Assembly (NCBI GenBank): GCA_010093605.1
Contig: MU004181.1
Location: 1,488,001 to 1,552,000, forward strand
Source of the DNA: Lophium mytilinum
Taxonomy: Eukaryota
Direction of reading: 5' to 3'
DNA length: 64,000 bases
Below the pieces are notes generated by a model, which saw only the letters and a list, made by a program, of their open reading frames with translations, was not told the DNA's origin and searched no databases. Made by a program: the position numbers and the translations under genes. Below are positions 37,303 through 55,789 of the stretch, piece by piece (position 1 is the first letter of the stretch; each line of letters begins with the position of its first letter).

Positions 37303-38481
37303 ATGGCCACCACTCCTGCCCCAGACTACTCCTCCTTAGTCTCCGCGACTGGCTTTTTACGCCCGCGTGCTTCACGCTCTATGTCTGACTTCCAAATACA
37401 CCTCACCGAGTCCCCTCGCATACTTGCATTACTTGGCGCTGGTCTGTCGGCGCCATCAGGCCTGCCTACTTTCCGCGGCGCAGGGGGGCTGTGGTGGATG
37501 CATGACGCGAAGCAGCTGTCGACTCCACAGGCTTTTGACGAGAATCCTGGATTGGTCTGGGAATTCTATTTGGAAAGAAGAGCTGCGGCGAAAGAAGCGA
37601 GGCCGAATGCCGCGCATTTTGCGTTGGCGGAATTGGCGAGGAGGGTGCCTGAATTTAACGCGATTAGTATGAATATAGATGGTATGCGTGCGTTCTCTTG
37701 ATCCAGCGAATGTTCCTTATCTCAACCATCTGGTAGATAGATATGTGTTTGAGTTAGCGAGCGTCTCTTAAGTAATTGCCTAGCTTCTCATACTTTGCGT
37801 CAACTTTCACGCCTCTTGCTTAAAGCCTATCATTTCATTTAGCTGTCACCCATCACTTCCCGCTCCTCTTTCGCATCTCGTTTCAATGCAGACGCCTCGG
37901 CGGTCCTAACAAGATCGCTAGGCCTTAGTGAACGAGCCGGCCACCCGCCAGCCCAAATCAGCTTCCTCCACGGCAATCTGTTCTCGATTCGCTGTACTAC
38001 CTGTCCCCACACCATCCATGATGAAGCAGCCGAAGCCATCATCGCCGCTCTCACCACCGCTCTCGCACATTCCTCTACCTCAAACCTTTCTGCGGCCTCC
38101 GTGCCTACCTGTCCAGCCTGTCACACCGGCCTTCTCCGCCCCGGCGTCGTTTGGTTTGGCGAAGCCCTCCCGTCCGCTACCCTTGCATCTCTCTACGCCT
38201 GGATCGAAGCCGCACCATCCATCGACACGATGTTAGTGATCGGAACGAGCGCGGAGGTGTATCCAGCGACGGCGTATATCGAAGCGGCGAGGAAGAAGCT
38301 GGCACGGGTTGCAGTCGTGAATATTGAGCAGGAGGATCCGGGGTTACTGGGGCTGGAGGAGCAAGACTGGTATTTCCAAGGTGACGCGGGGGATCTGGTG
38401 CCGGAGATGTTGAAGAAGGTGGTTGAAGAACTTGGGAATGTGGAGCTAATAGACGTGAAGAAAATAACGGAAGTGATATGA
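37303..38481 (+). CDS. NAD-dependent deacylase, class III sirtuin (CobB/SIRT5-like); 2 exons
   Basis: GAGLSAPSGLPTFRG, FYLERR (YxxR), PNAAH, NID|GL, LHG, CTTC...CPAC zinc ribbon, LRPGVVWFGE, GTSAEVYPA; intron 37682-37921. Confidence 0.9.
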
Positions 38482-39133
38482 GTTACAGCAAGGTTAGTAA
38501 GTACATGAAGGCAAATGCAAATATTTGAGAGAGAAACGTGTTTACAAGAGGTCGATTTAAGCAAACACATGACCATGGCGAAAGGTAAGAGGTCTGTATT
38601 GTGTTAGTCGTATTCCCTGTCACATATCTAGTCTAAATATGCTCCCACTTCAAACTTTTCGACTTTTGCCCAAACATCCCGAGTTCCACCGTCATGTTAG
38701 TTGAGGAGTCGCTGATGTATCTATACTTTCTACTCTACCTACCTAATTGTGCCGTGAAAGATCGCCCGAGGGACTGTGCGGATCCGGCTCGCTGGATGTA
38801 CCCGTCTCGGCACCGGGTTGCTCCTCATCCGCGAGGCTGGCGGGTCTCTCGCACGATACTCTGCCATCGCGGGGTATAGTTGGTCGGTAAGCGATTTCGA
38901 GACGATTCAACCAATGAGAATACGCATATCTCACCTGCACTCCAGCCACAAACTGGGTCAGGAATAGAGTTGTCGGGTCAAGTGTGAAGAGAAGATCTTC
39001 GGGAAATACGGCACAGTGTTGGACGCGGGTCAATCTGATGGGTATATGTTGTATGCAGATCCCCGTCGAAAAATAAATTCCCACTCAACTTTTGCGGTCT
39101 TTGCGCTTTCGAAATACTGAAGACTTCTTCAAA

Positions 39134-41204
39134 ATGTCTGGACTCGACAAACCGGGCGAGGTGTATGAGGAGGATATGGGAGGCCCAGAGCAGACACTAG
39201 ACAGCTTTGATGAGCACCAGATGAAGACGTTAAAGAAGATATAGTAAGTCTCGTTGACTAAAGGACAGACTGTCACTAACTTTGTTCTAGTCGCAAAGTA
39301 GATATTCGGCTGCTTCCAGCCCTCGGAGGTGAGTTCTGTCCACGCTTAAGATACCAGATACTGGAACGCTAACCGCTAACCTATGCAGCTATTTACGCCA
39401 TCAGCGGTATCGATCGAACAAATGTGCGTCAATTGAACGATCATTCGTGGGATATGGACACTGATCGTCAACCTAGCTCGCCAATGCTCAAGTTGCAGGC
39501 ATGGGGAAAGACCTAGACATGCTCAAAGGGAGTCGTTACTCCATTGCGGTCTGCGTCTTCTTTATCACCTACTTTATTTGCGAGATTCCAAGCAACATCA
39601 TTCTTCGAAAAGTGGGGGCGGCGTTATGGCTGTCATTCCTTGCTTTTGCATGGGGAATATGCGTCCTCGGTATTGATGCCATTCCTTTTGCGTATTGGCC
39701 GTTCTGCCGTATCGAAGCTAATCTGGCCGAGCTGTGTAGGGGCTGGTTTCACGCATCATTGGGGTGTAAGTGCAAAGCGAGGCGGAGATCAAAGTTGCAT
39801 TTCGCTGACTGATAGACTAGGAAATGGTTCTGATTAGGCTCCTGCTCGGTATATTTGAGGCCGGGTTCATGTACGCACACTGATACATCTCACAACAATT
39901 ACTGGCTGCTAACGCTTGCTCGCAGACCTGGATGCGCGTACCTAATTAGCTGCTGGTATGAGAGATACCAGATGCAGACAAGGTAGCGGTCCGCAATCTT
40001 ATGGAATGAGCCATTCTGACATGATTCAGGATATCCATATTCTTTTCTTTATCTCTCCTCGCCACCGCGTTTGGAAATATTCTAGCCTACGGACTGATCC
40101 ATATGGATGGCCTCGGTGGTCTCGAAGGCTGGCGATGGATTTACATCATTGAAGGGCTGATAACAATTGTGCTTGCGGTGTACGGATATATCTTCATCAT
40201 CGACTTCCCTGACAAGATCCACTTGGCTCGCAGGCCGTATTTGACGCCGGATGAAGTTGCATTAGTGCAAGCCAGATTGCAGGCGGATCGAGGAGACGCC
40301 GAGTTCGATCCCATCACCTTGAAGAAGACGATCAAGACGTTAGCCAAGTGGCAGCTTTGGATTTAGTAAGGGAATTCCATCATATATAAGCCGGCTTGCT
40401 TACAACGTTTCTCCAACAGTGCCCTCTTCTTCCTCACCTCAGGAGTCGGCGTCTATGCCTTCGCCTACTTCCTCCAGATCATCGTCAGAGGAATGGGCTA
40501 CTCGGTCTCTAACACCTTCCTCCTCTGCGCCCCTCCTAATATTGCGGCGATCTTCTACATCATCGCTGTTTCGAAGTTGGCGGACAAGTTGCACCAGCGT
40601 GGCGCTATCGTGGCTTTCCAAGCTACAACCGCATTTGTAGGACTCATGTTGATCGAGTATTGCAAGAACAACGGTGTCAGATACTTCGGAACGTTCCTCG
40701 GGATCGCAGGGTGCGCGGGCAACGTACCGGCATCGCTGGCATACCAAGGTATACTCGTCCACTTCCTCTAAACGCTACATGTACAGATCATGGGCTAACC
40801 ACGGCATCAGCGAACAACATTAGAGGCCAGTCGACGAGAGCGTAAGTGTCTCCATATCCATAAGAGGTCTAGGATTAGGCAGGCGTGCTGACTCAAGCTT
40901 CAAAAACTCAGTATCGGCTCCGGTCTCCAAGTTTGCTTCGGTGCTATTGGCGGTGTAATTACGGCCAACGTCTTTCTTCAAAGAGAGGCTCCGAAGTACC
41001 CTACTGGAATCTGGGTTGCTGCGGTACGTTATGGCAATCAATCTAACGAGAATGAAACTGATCCACTTTCGGTTACAGGCCTGCCAGATCTTGACCGTGC
41101 TTCTTGTATGCGTCCTGACCGTCTTTCATGTGTACGCGAACCGGCAAGCGGAGAAGGGAAGAAGGGTGATCGAAGGTCTGGAAGGGTTCAGATATACCTA
41201 TTGA
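39134..41204 (+). CDS. MFS anion:cation symporter family permease (Dal5/Tna1-like); 12 exons
   Basis: RKVDIRLLP, IDRTN, EIPSN, RLLLGIFEAGF, GLEGWRWIYIIEG and GFRYTY*, joined through 11 short GT-AG introns. Confidence 0.9.
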
Positions 41205-42164
41205 CCGAGATACCTAATATAGAACACACAGCAAGAGGGCGACGAGCCTCTAAGAGTTGCACTCAATGTGAGTCGTATAGAAGAGCCAATTGCGAGGATG
41301 GAGCTCCATAGCGAATACTATCGATAATGAGCGAGGCTTCGGGGTGTACCAGCAAGAACGAATTTCCTAAAGAATGTGTGAGACGTAACAAGACAAGTCT
41401 CTACGGCGCCCATGCTATTATTTGGCATCTCATCGTGGTCTTCGGATGCGAAGTGCGTTGACTGTGAGGCATGTTTGAAGGGTTTGAAAGATGATGAGAT
41501 TACATCACCGTAGACTAAGAATCACGTGATTGGCACAACAGCGCCACCAGCGCTGCATCAAACCCCTTTGGAGTTGTGAATCGGACCGCGGGATGCAGAA
41601 CGGCGTTGGTCCCGGCCGGGCTCCCGACAAGGTGACTGTCCCAAGGCACCAAGGTTCGCGTGCATCCCTTTGTATGCACGAGCCATGCGTGGATCCTTCG
41701 TATTTCGTACCCTAAGCTGTCTTGGTATGAGCAAAGCGCCGTGTGGCTAATCAGAATAAGTTGAGTGCGAGAAACGTCAGCCACCGCGCAAGGATACATA
41801 GTTACGTCTAGACGCGTGTTTCTCGGGGCTGGGCAGTCTTCTTCCCATTATCCTCCCAACTCGGGCTCTCGGTTGATCGAGTAGATTCCTGGAAGCTCTT
41901 ATGTCACTTTGCGAACATACCAGACCGATTAAGAAACAGCTAGTTGCGCCCCAGAAAGAGGCGTCTTTTGCGGCTCCAACGCTCGCTTGGCAGGGCCGTT
42001 AATCTCGAGATAGTCCAATACAAAGCGCCGGCCCTCCACGTATTCTACATCACCATCCAAGCTTCAGGCATCACTTTTCTACAAAGTGCCTCCTCCAGGC
42101 CACAAGAATACCGCCATGCTCACCCTGTACTGATCTAACCCCCTGATTCAAACGTATCCTCAAC

Positions 42165-45100
42165 ATGGCGCGATTTCGGAGTAAACCCAAGGCATCGCCA
42201 CTTCCGGCCACCGCCATGACCGACCCTGCGATGGAGGCCAAGGTCGCAGAAGAGGCTGTCAAGGAAACGTCTGAAGGGAAGGAGGACGAGAAGCTGAAAG
42301 GCAAGAAGGATGGTGAGGACGAAAAGGCGAAAGCCAGCTTGAAGAACTTCTTCGTAGGTTCATGCGTCGCTCTAATTAGGCACGAGAATTAATATTAGAT
42401 TCTACCAGAGGGTTTTGACCTATGGCACGACCCTCGATTGGGTTCTCATGGGCCTATCGCTTCTCACTTCCATTGGTAGTGGTATTGTGAGTTGCTTCCA
42501 CTCTACTCAACATGTTGATTGCTAAATACGTCATTGATAGGCAATGCCATTGATGAATATCGTCTTTGGTGCGTAGTACTGAATTGAGTCTTCCTCCCAA
42601 TCAAAATGCTGATATCTGATAGGTCAATTGACTGGAACATTCACTGGCTATTTCATTCCTGGGTCAACCGTCACGAAAGCAGAATTCCAGTCGAATATCA
42701 ATAAGAATACGTGCGTAATACTTTCTTGATACACCCTTCTTCAAAAGTCTCTCTGCACTACTGTAGACTGTACCAGACCCTTTGACCGCTCGCTAACGTT
42801 ACTACTCTAGATTGTATATTGTCTATCTATTCATCGGAAAGTTTGCGTGCTCTTACGTTTCCATGGTCAGTAGAAAGCTCTTGCAGAGTATCTATCGCAT
42901 ACTGACCACTGAATCACTAGCTCACGGTCAGGATTAGCGGATTGCGCATATCTGCAGCCTTGCGCCTAGCCTACCTCAATGCTCTCTTCCAACAGCCCGT
43001 CAGCACTATTGACACTATCTCCCCAGGCAAAGTCTCCACACGCATTACGACATCCTCGAATACGATCCAGCTGGCAATATCCCAGCAGCTTGCGATGCTT
43101 GTTCAAGCATTTGCATTTACTGGAGGCCTTTACGTCATTGCTTTCATCTACAATTGGCTGCTCACGTTTGTTGCCAGCGCGTCTCTTCCGTTCATCGTCG
43201 TTGCATACGGAATCATCATTCCTATCTTCATAAGAATCCACAAAAGGACCGAAAGTCTTCAGGAACAAGCCTCCGGTCTGGCGTTCGAGATCTTCTCGTC
43301 AATCCGAGTGATCTGTGCATTCGGCGCCGAATCTCGCCTCTCTGAGCAGCACGCTGGTTGGCTGACGAAGGCGAAAAAGTCAGAGTTGAAGAATGGCCCT
43401 TTCATGGGACTCTTGATGGCTCCTAACTTTTTGGCTATGTATGGAACTTTCGGGCTCACGTTCTGGTTTGGTATTCGCCAATACACGCGCGGACACATCG
43501 ATAGTATTAACACAATCGTCATGTAGGTTTATCTTTCATAGTACCGCAAGTACGAAACCGTTATTTTGTAGCTAACGGATATTAGTGTTCTTTTCTCGGT
43601 CATGATGGCCGTCATGAGTATCGGCAAACTTACAAGTCCACTGCTCTCGATCTCAAGAGCTGCGTCTGCCGCGACCGAGCTTTTCGCAACTATTGATGCT
43701 GAGGTTCCGGACACATCGGGACTATCGGATCCAGATGTATCCGCTGACACTGATATCGAATTCGACAATGTCTCGTTCGTGTATCCTAGCAGGCCCGACG
43801 TGCAGATCTTGGACCACCTAAATCTGCATTTCGCGGTTGGGAAGACGACCGCTATTGTCGGCCCTTCGGGCTCAGGGAAAAGTACCATCGTTGCTCTTCT
43901 CGAGAGATGGTACCCCCTTGTGGAGCGTCAGCCTGATCTCGCCAGTCAGGACCAAACAGATTCTTCGGGAAAATCAGATATTCCTGCTACAGATGGTGAT
44001 AAAACTGCAGAGACACCAAACGTATCCATCCAGGTGGAAGAAGAGCGTAAGGTCCTGGAAGAAAAATGTGTCGGAGCAATCAGGGTTGGCGGTGTTGCCC
44101 TTTCCACGGTCGATCTGAAGTGGTGGCGCAGCCAGATTGGGTTAGTGCAGCAGGAGCCATTCCTCTTCAACGATACCATTTACAACAATATTGCCTATGG
44201 GTTTTGCGGCACCAAGTGGGAACACAAACCCAAGGAAGAGAAACTAGAAATGATCAAAGACGCCTGTAAGGAAGCATCTGCCGACGAATTTATATCAAAG
44301 TTGCCTCTAGGTAAGTCTTTCTTACCGTTAGCCGTCATACTTGCTGCATTTCTTGTGACTAAAGTCTCGTAGGATACGATACCTTTGTCGGAGAAAGTGG
44401 AATCAAAATGTCCGGGGGCCAAAGACAGCGTCTCGCCATCGCCCGAAGCATAGTCAAAAGGCCACCAATCCTTATTTTGGATGAAGCTACTAGCGCCATC
44501 GACGTTCGTACCGAGCGTGTTGTCCAAGAAGCCCTGGATCGAGTTTCCAAGAACAGAACCACCATTGTGATCGCGCATCGTTTGTCTACTATTAGAAGAG
44601 CAGACAAGATCATCGTCCTCCGCCAGGGCAAGTTGGTCGAAGAAGGCACACATGACGAGTTAGTCACCGACGAAGAAGGAATTTACTATGGGTTAGTTCA
44701 CGCGCAGAACCTTGAGATGGAGAATGAAGAGGCGATTGAAGAAGACCTGGAGCTGCACCATACCAAAACTGGTGCGACTGATATTTCCGAGAAACATGCA
44801 GACCTCAGTGAAGGGCGCCAGAGCCTCGACTCCGGAGATGAGCCCGTGTACAAGTATCATGGTCTTATCAGAAGCTTTGGACGTCTCATATATGAGCAGA
44901 GGACACGCTGGATACCCTATACCTTGACCGTCTTCGCTGCTATGGCTTCAGGAGCCGTTTACCCCCTTCAGGCCTTCATTTTCGCCAAAATTATCAATGT
45001 TTTCACGTACACTGGAGCAAAGCTCGTCCACGATGGCAATTTCTGGAGCGGTATGTTCGGAGTCTTGGCGGCAGGTGTTGGTGCTTCCTACTTTATCCTC

Positions 45101-46741
45101 GGATGGGCGTCACACATAATCTCGTCTGAGGTGTCAACTCACTATCGCCAAGAGTATCTCGAAAACATGATCACCAAACGAATGCCGTTCTTCGATGTCG
45201 AGGGACACTCTGCAGGTTCTCTTACATCAAGGCTGAGCAACGACTCCACACAATTGGAGCAGCTCATGGGCACTGAAATGTCGATGGCGCTCATCAGTGT
45301 CTTCAACCTGACCGGGTCAATTGCTATTTCATTCGCCTTCGGATGGAAGCTCTCTCTAGTTGGCCTGTTTTCCGCACTTCCAATCATTTTAGGCGCCGGG
45401 TACCTGAGGGTAAGCCAAGAGATGAAATTTGAGAAGATGAATGCTGCGGTATTCGAGGACAGCTCTCAATTTGCGACCGAGGCGGTCGGTGCCTTCAGGA
45501 CTGTCATGTCTTTGATCATGGAAGATACGATAAGCAAGCGATATTCAACCCTCCTCGAAGGCCACGTTACAAAGGCATTTAGCCAAGCAAAATACTCAAC
45601 TGTTATTTTCGCTGGTTCGGACAGCATCGAGCTGGCGTGCATGGCCCTGTGCTTTTGGTATGGTGGTACATTACTCGCTGCCCGGGAATACAACATTGTA
45701 CAGTACTTCATCATCTACATGGCCGTAGTCCAGGGCAGTCAAGCCGCCGGAGTGTGGTTCTCTTTTGCTCCAAACATGGCGGAAGCGACCGGTGCCGCCA
45801 ACCGCATTCTTAGTATTCGACCGGCGCCACCAGGGAAGGACGATAAAAAGCCACAACCGTTCAACAAATCTGAAGGCCCCGTCGGCATCGAATTCCGGAA
45901 TGTCTACTTCACCTACAAAGGCCGCGATGTGCCTGTCATCACAGGCCTGAATTTGAAGATCGAGCCAGGCCAATTCGCCGCCTTGGTTGGCGCTTCAGGC
46001 TGCGGCAAATCCACGACCATAAGTCTCCTGGAACGATTCTACGATCCAGACTCCGGTTCAATCATATGTGGCGACCAGGATACTTCATCTGTGGATATCA
46101 AGGAGTATCGCAGCGCATTGAGTCTTGTTGCGCAAGAGCCAACCCTCTACGAAGGTACCCTTCGTGAGAACGTCGCGCTCTCTGTCGATGTCGCCTCCGC
46201 CACGGATGAGGCTATCGAGCAAGCCTGTACGGACGCCCAGATCCACGACTTCATCCTCTCGCTTCCTGAAGGATACGCCACGAAGCTTGGGCCGAAAGGC
46301 ATGTCCCTCAGCGGTGGCCAAAAGCAGCGTATTGCTCTCGCTAGAGCGTTGCTGCGTCGTCCGAAAGTACTTCTTCTGGACGAGGCTACGTCGAGCCTAG
46401 ATTCCGAGTCTGAGAAGCAGGTCCAGGCTGCCATCGAACGTGCCGCAGGAGGCGGGGCGAGGACCGTCATTGCCGTTGCTCATGTACGTGTCTTCTCCAT
46501 GACCCATGCTACCACTCTCGATAATCAGTACTAACAGTGGAACAGCGTCTCGCAACCATCCAAAAAGCTGACGTCATCTTCGTCCTCGGAAGCGGTAGGG
46601 TCTTGGAGCAAGGAGACCACCAAAGCCTTCTCAAGAAGAGAGGCGTTTACTACCAGATGGTGAGTTCTCACGCACACCCTACTCAGGTTCACCGCTCTAA
46701 TGCAACAAATTCAGTGTCAAGCGCAAGCTTTAGACCGGTAA
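42165..46741 (+). CDS. Full-size ABCB (MDR/P-glycoprotein-type) transporter
   Basis: TMD-NBD-TMD-NBD; Walker A GPSGSGKST and GASGCGKST, signatures MSGGQRQR and LSGGQKQR, Walker B ILDEATS and LLDEATS, H-loops AHRL; about 10 introns; stop TAA at 46739-46741. Confidence 0.95.
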
Positions 46742-46847
46742 TGGTGCCCGCAACCAACCATCTTGAAACCCCATTTGTCCGTAGTGCATTTTGTTTGAAC
46801 CCATCTTCCCTTTCACCTTCTTTTTCTGGAAACAAGCTTTTGTTTAA

Positions 46848-46879
46848 CCTAGCGATACCATTGCCTAGCGATACCATTG
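46848..46879. repeat. Perfect 16-bp tandem duplication in the ABC transporter 3' region
   Basis: CCTAGCGATACCATTG x2. Confidence 0.85.
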
Positions 46880-47348
46880 GGCTTCTCTGCTCTCCCTTTT
46901 CACCAATCGCGACTTTCCTCAGCTTTCACAGCGCAGAAGCGGTATTTTCTCCTTCCTTCATTTCATGTAAAACTCTTCTGTAGACGTGTGAGCGGTAGTC
47001 TGCATGCGGCAAATAGATTCCGTGTTTAGTCCACTCTCGCAGGGCCCACCACTCCTCCAATCATGCCATGAAAGCGATTAGCGCACCTCATCGGATGTGG
47101 AAACAGAAGCACCAATACGCGAATATCCCTGATTTTGACTCCGAAATGCAAAGACGCTTGATTTCTGTGTACCATAGCCCGAAAAACTTCCCTACCGGCA
47201 GACACCACCTGGATATCTCACATCGCCCAGCCAAACGCAAAACTCCAACAACATGCATACGCCCTCATGATACACTCGTCATGCATCCCGTACCCAGCCA
47301 ATACCGATCCCTGCCCCATCGTTCCCAGCCACAAGACCTGCAGCGGCT

Positions 47349-50448
<3,100 letters not shown>

Positions 50449-50572
50449 GGTGTATTATGGAGATTTATGAGGGGCTAGTAGTATTGGGTGCGCAAATTCG
50501 TGGCAACGTGAAGGAATTTGAGACGGCGGCAGAGGTGGGAGCGGCGCTGGAGAGGGGCTTGGGCGTCTGAGT

Positions 50573-50605
50573 CGCGAAAAGTCGCGCTAATATTGTTGGA
50601 CGCGT
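50573..50605. promoter_or_regulatory. SCB/MCB-like G1/S cell-cycle elements upstream of MCM3
   Basis: CGCGAAA at 50573-50579 and ACGCGT at 50600-50605, 125-157 bp upstream of the MCM3 ATG. Confidence 0.55.
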
Positions 50606-51168
50606 AAAGTGGGCACGTGATTTTTGCAATGGGCACAGTTTTATTCAAAAGTATGTTTCACTCTCATCTAGTGGTTCACAAGATAGTCATCGCACTAAGC
50701 ACTGCGATCATGCTTTTAGTGGCTTATTACCAATTGCGTATTTGTAGCTAGAACACTTACAAACGATGCCACACGCATCGCCTTCACAGGGGGTCAGTCA
50801 GGCTTCGATTGACCTAAAGTGATAGTCCTGCTTGATTCCGTCTGAGGTGGCTCAGAAAGCTATCGGCGTGATTAGAACCGTCGGTTTTAAGTTTTTGATA
50901 TCGTATCAGAGGACCTTAAACAGTGCTGGGCAAGTGTATGTACAGCACATATCGGACTTTCTCGAGTCTCTTCTTCAGATAACTCTCACATGTTTCAACT
51001 CATTTCTTTCAGTAGTATCGACGTGTATGTATATTGGTTCATGCTCTTCGTTCGAGCAGAGATGACCTTTAAAAAGCTAGTAATCATTGAAAGCTAATGA
51101 TATAAAAGCAGAAGCAAACTACAAGACAGTAGCGGCTATCGTGCCTACGAAGACCCATACTGTGACGA

Positions 51169-53478
<2,310 letters not shown>

Positions 53479-54496
53479 TCAGTCAGTCGGTCAGTGAAGA
53501 CGTCGTGGCGAATGGTGCGGGGCAGGTGTCGTGAGAGGAGTATAAGAAGGGCACTGGACAGGGATGGCGCCTTCCCCACGTGAATGACATGTAGCAGAGA
53601 CCCCTCAACCACCAAACAGCACTGGCACATTTGTCAACTTTGGGCCGAGCCCCTCACCCTCTGTGCCCACAAGGCCCTTCATCGTTGTGCAGTTTGTCAG
53701 GCAGCCCCACCTAGAACTCCGGATTTCCCAAGACTCCCCGCCACCCCGCTTTTCCGATGTCGGCAGTGACCAGCGGCCGATCCGAGTGTGCAATTGCGCC
53801 AGAAGCCCGTTGTCTCACGCGTGGGGTGACATTTCGAGCTCTCTCCTGACCCTGCTGACAGCTTCAGGGTTGAGAGGGTGTTCCATGGTGAAAGAAACCG
53901 CCAGTGCTGTGGTGCCATACGGGATGACCCTGCATGGGCACCACTTTTCCAATACTGACGGTGCTGTCTCGTTACGGTTAGCGGCCCCCTCCAGATTATA
54001 CCCCATTCTTGATAATGGACGAACTTCGGTCGGTTGCGGAAGACGGTTTTGTGTCACAGCGTGAAGTGTTCAACCAGGACAGCTCGGGTCTGTCTCTTTT
54101 TATATTGCTGTCTAGGCGCAGGGGTGCTGCTGAAGCGGGCTAGCATATACCCCTGAAATGAGTAATTGAGTCTAAGCTTGATGCTATCTATCCGCTTACT
54201 CCGTACATACCTACCCACGTAATTGCCTCAGACAGTTAGGTACAAAGTAAGCCCCAAACAGGCTGGCCAATGTCCAGAAGTACGATTTTGCTCTTTGCTG
54301 CCTTTGATACGGCTTCCTCTTTGAGGGAACTAGCAAGTAAGACTGCCAGGGATTAAGGCAGAAAGGGTCGCCTATTTCTTATGTGCGAAAGTCGTTTTCT
54401 TTCCTCATAGTCAGCATCTGAACCTCATCAGACACCTGATCAAAGCATTTCACTGTCTCAGAAGGCCGCAGTCCTTTTCATCAAACTACCCTCGCT

Positions 54497-55453
54497 ATGT
54501 CGAATTCCACTCCAAAGTCTGTTTCCGTCTCAACTGAAAAGACTTTCACCTCATACACCAAGGACCAAGGCGCGACATATGCCCAGAATCGCCATGGCTA
54601 CCACCCTTCGGTTTATAAAACCATCATCGACCACCATGCTTCTACAGGTGGCCAATTCAACAGTCTCCTTGATGTCGGCTGTGGTCCGGGTACCGCAGTC
54701 CGCGCCCTGGCTCCACACTTTGCCCATGCTATTGGTCTCGACCCGTCTGAGGGCATGATTAAGCACGCCCGTGAGCTGCTAGGTGTCACATCAATATCCG
54801 AACCTGTTCGTTTCGAAATATCAACAGCAGAAGATCTCGGATGGCATCTCTCACCGCCAATCGAGGATGCCAGCGTCGACCTCATCACCGCCTCCACCGC
54901 AGCGCACTGGTTCGATATGGCACGCTTCTGGCCGAGCGCTGCCCGTATACTCAAGCCCGGTGGTACAGTTGCCCTGTGGGCCGGCGGCCCCCTAACCATC
55001 CACCCCACGATGCCCAACGCTGCGGCCATCCAGGCTATCTTCGACGAGATCGAGGAGCGCGATATGAAGCCGTTCTTATTGCCTGGCAATCTGTTAACGC
55101 GTAGCCTATACGTTGGCCTTCCGCTACCTTGGACGCTGAAGTCACCTGTTCCCGACTTCGACGAGGCCACCTTTTTCCGGAAGGAGTGGAGCCCTGGGAA
55201 CGGCGAGGAGTTTTTCGCAGACGGTGGACAGCCAGTCGGCTTGGATGTGATGGAGAAAGGTATGGGTACCATGAGCCCAATCCAGCGGTGGAGAGACGCT
55301 CACCCAGACGCTGTTGGGACCGAACGCGACATCTTGAGGATCATAAGGAGGGAGATTGAACGCGCACTGCATGAGGCGGGCGTCGAGAAAGGGAAGGAAG
55401 TATTAAAGGGAAGTCCGAGGGGCGTGTTGTTGATGATCAAGAAGAAGACATAG
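54497..55453 (+). CDS. SAM-dependent methyltransferase (trans-aconitate methyltransferase Tmt1-like)
   Basis: LLDVGCGPG motif I, GLDPSEGMI, AAHWFD, LKPGG. Confidence 0.9.
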   Translation: MSNSTPKSVSVSTEKTFTSYTKDQGATYAQNRHGYHPSVYKTIIDHHASTGGQFNSLLDVGCGPGTAVRALAPHFAHAIGLDPSEGMIKHARELLGVTSISEPVRFEISTAEDLGWHLSPPIEDASVDLITASTAAHWFDMARFWPSAARILKPGGTVALWAGGPLTIHPTMPNAAAIQAIFDEIEERDMKPFLLPGNLLTRSLYVGLPLPWTLKSPVPDFDEATFFRKEWSPGNGEEFFADGGQPVGLDVMEKGMGTMSPIQRWRDAHPDAVGTERDILRIIRREIERALHEAGVEKGKEVLKGSPRGVLLMIKKKT

Positions 55454-55789
55454 GCTATCGACGTTGGTCCATTCGGAAAATCTTGGCCGCCAAAGAGAGG
55501 TCAATTGTTAAATCCATCGACGCATAACCTACTATTACGCAGATAATTCAACAAAACACAACATGTAGAATGAAAGCAAGACTAGAGCTAGCTAAAACTA
55601 GGTGACGGTAGTGGCAATTGAAGATTTGGAGATAAAAGTCGGTCACTTCGTTGAGATAGGGGTGGGCCGACAGGCCGGATGCAGAGAGATAAATGTCACG
55701 TGCCATCGTGTTTTCGCATCTAACCGAGCCGTTGAAGCTTCGACCAACGACATCTCCCAAACTCATAAAAATCAAACAACAGCTTGGAG

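Noticed and set aside
54155..54225. TGAGTAA / ACGTAA stress-response-like sites upstream of katG
   Set aside because: Short motifs ~740 bp away and expected by chance; unsupported without conservation data.
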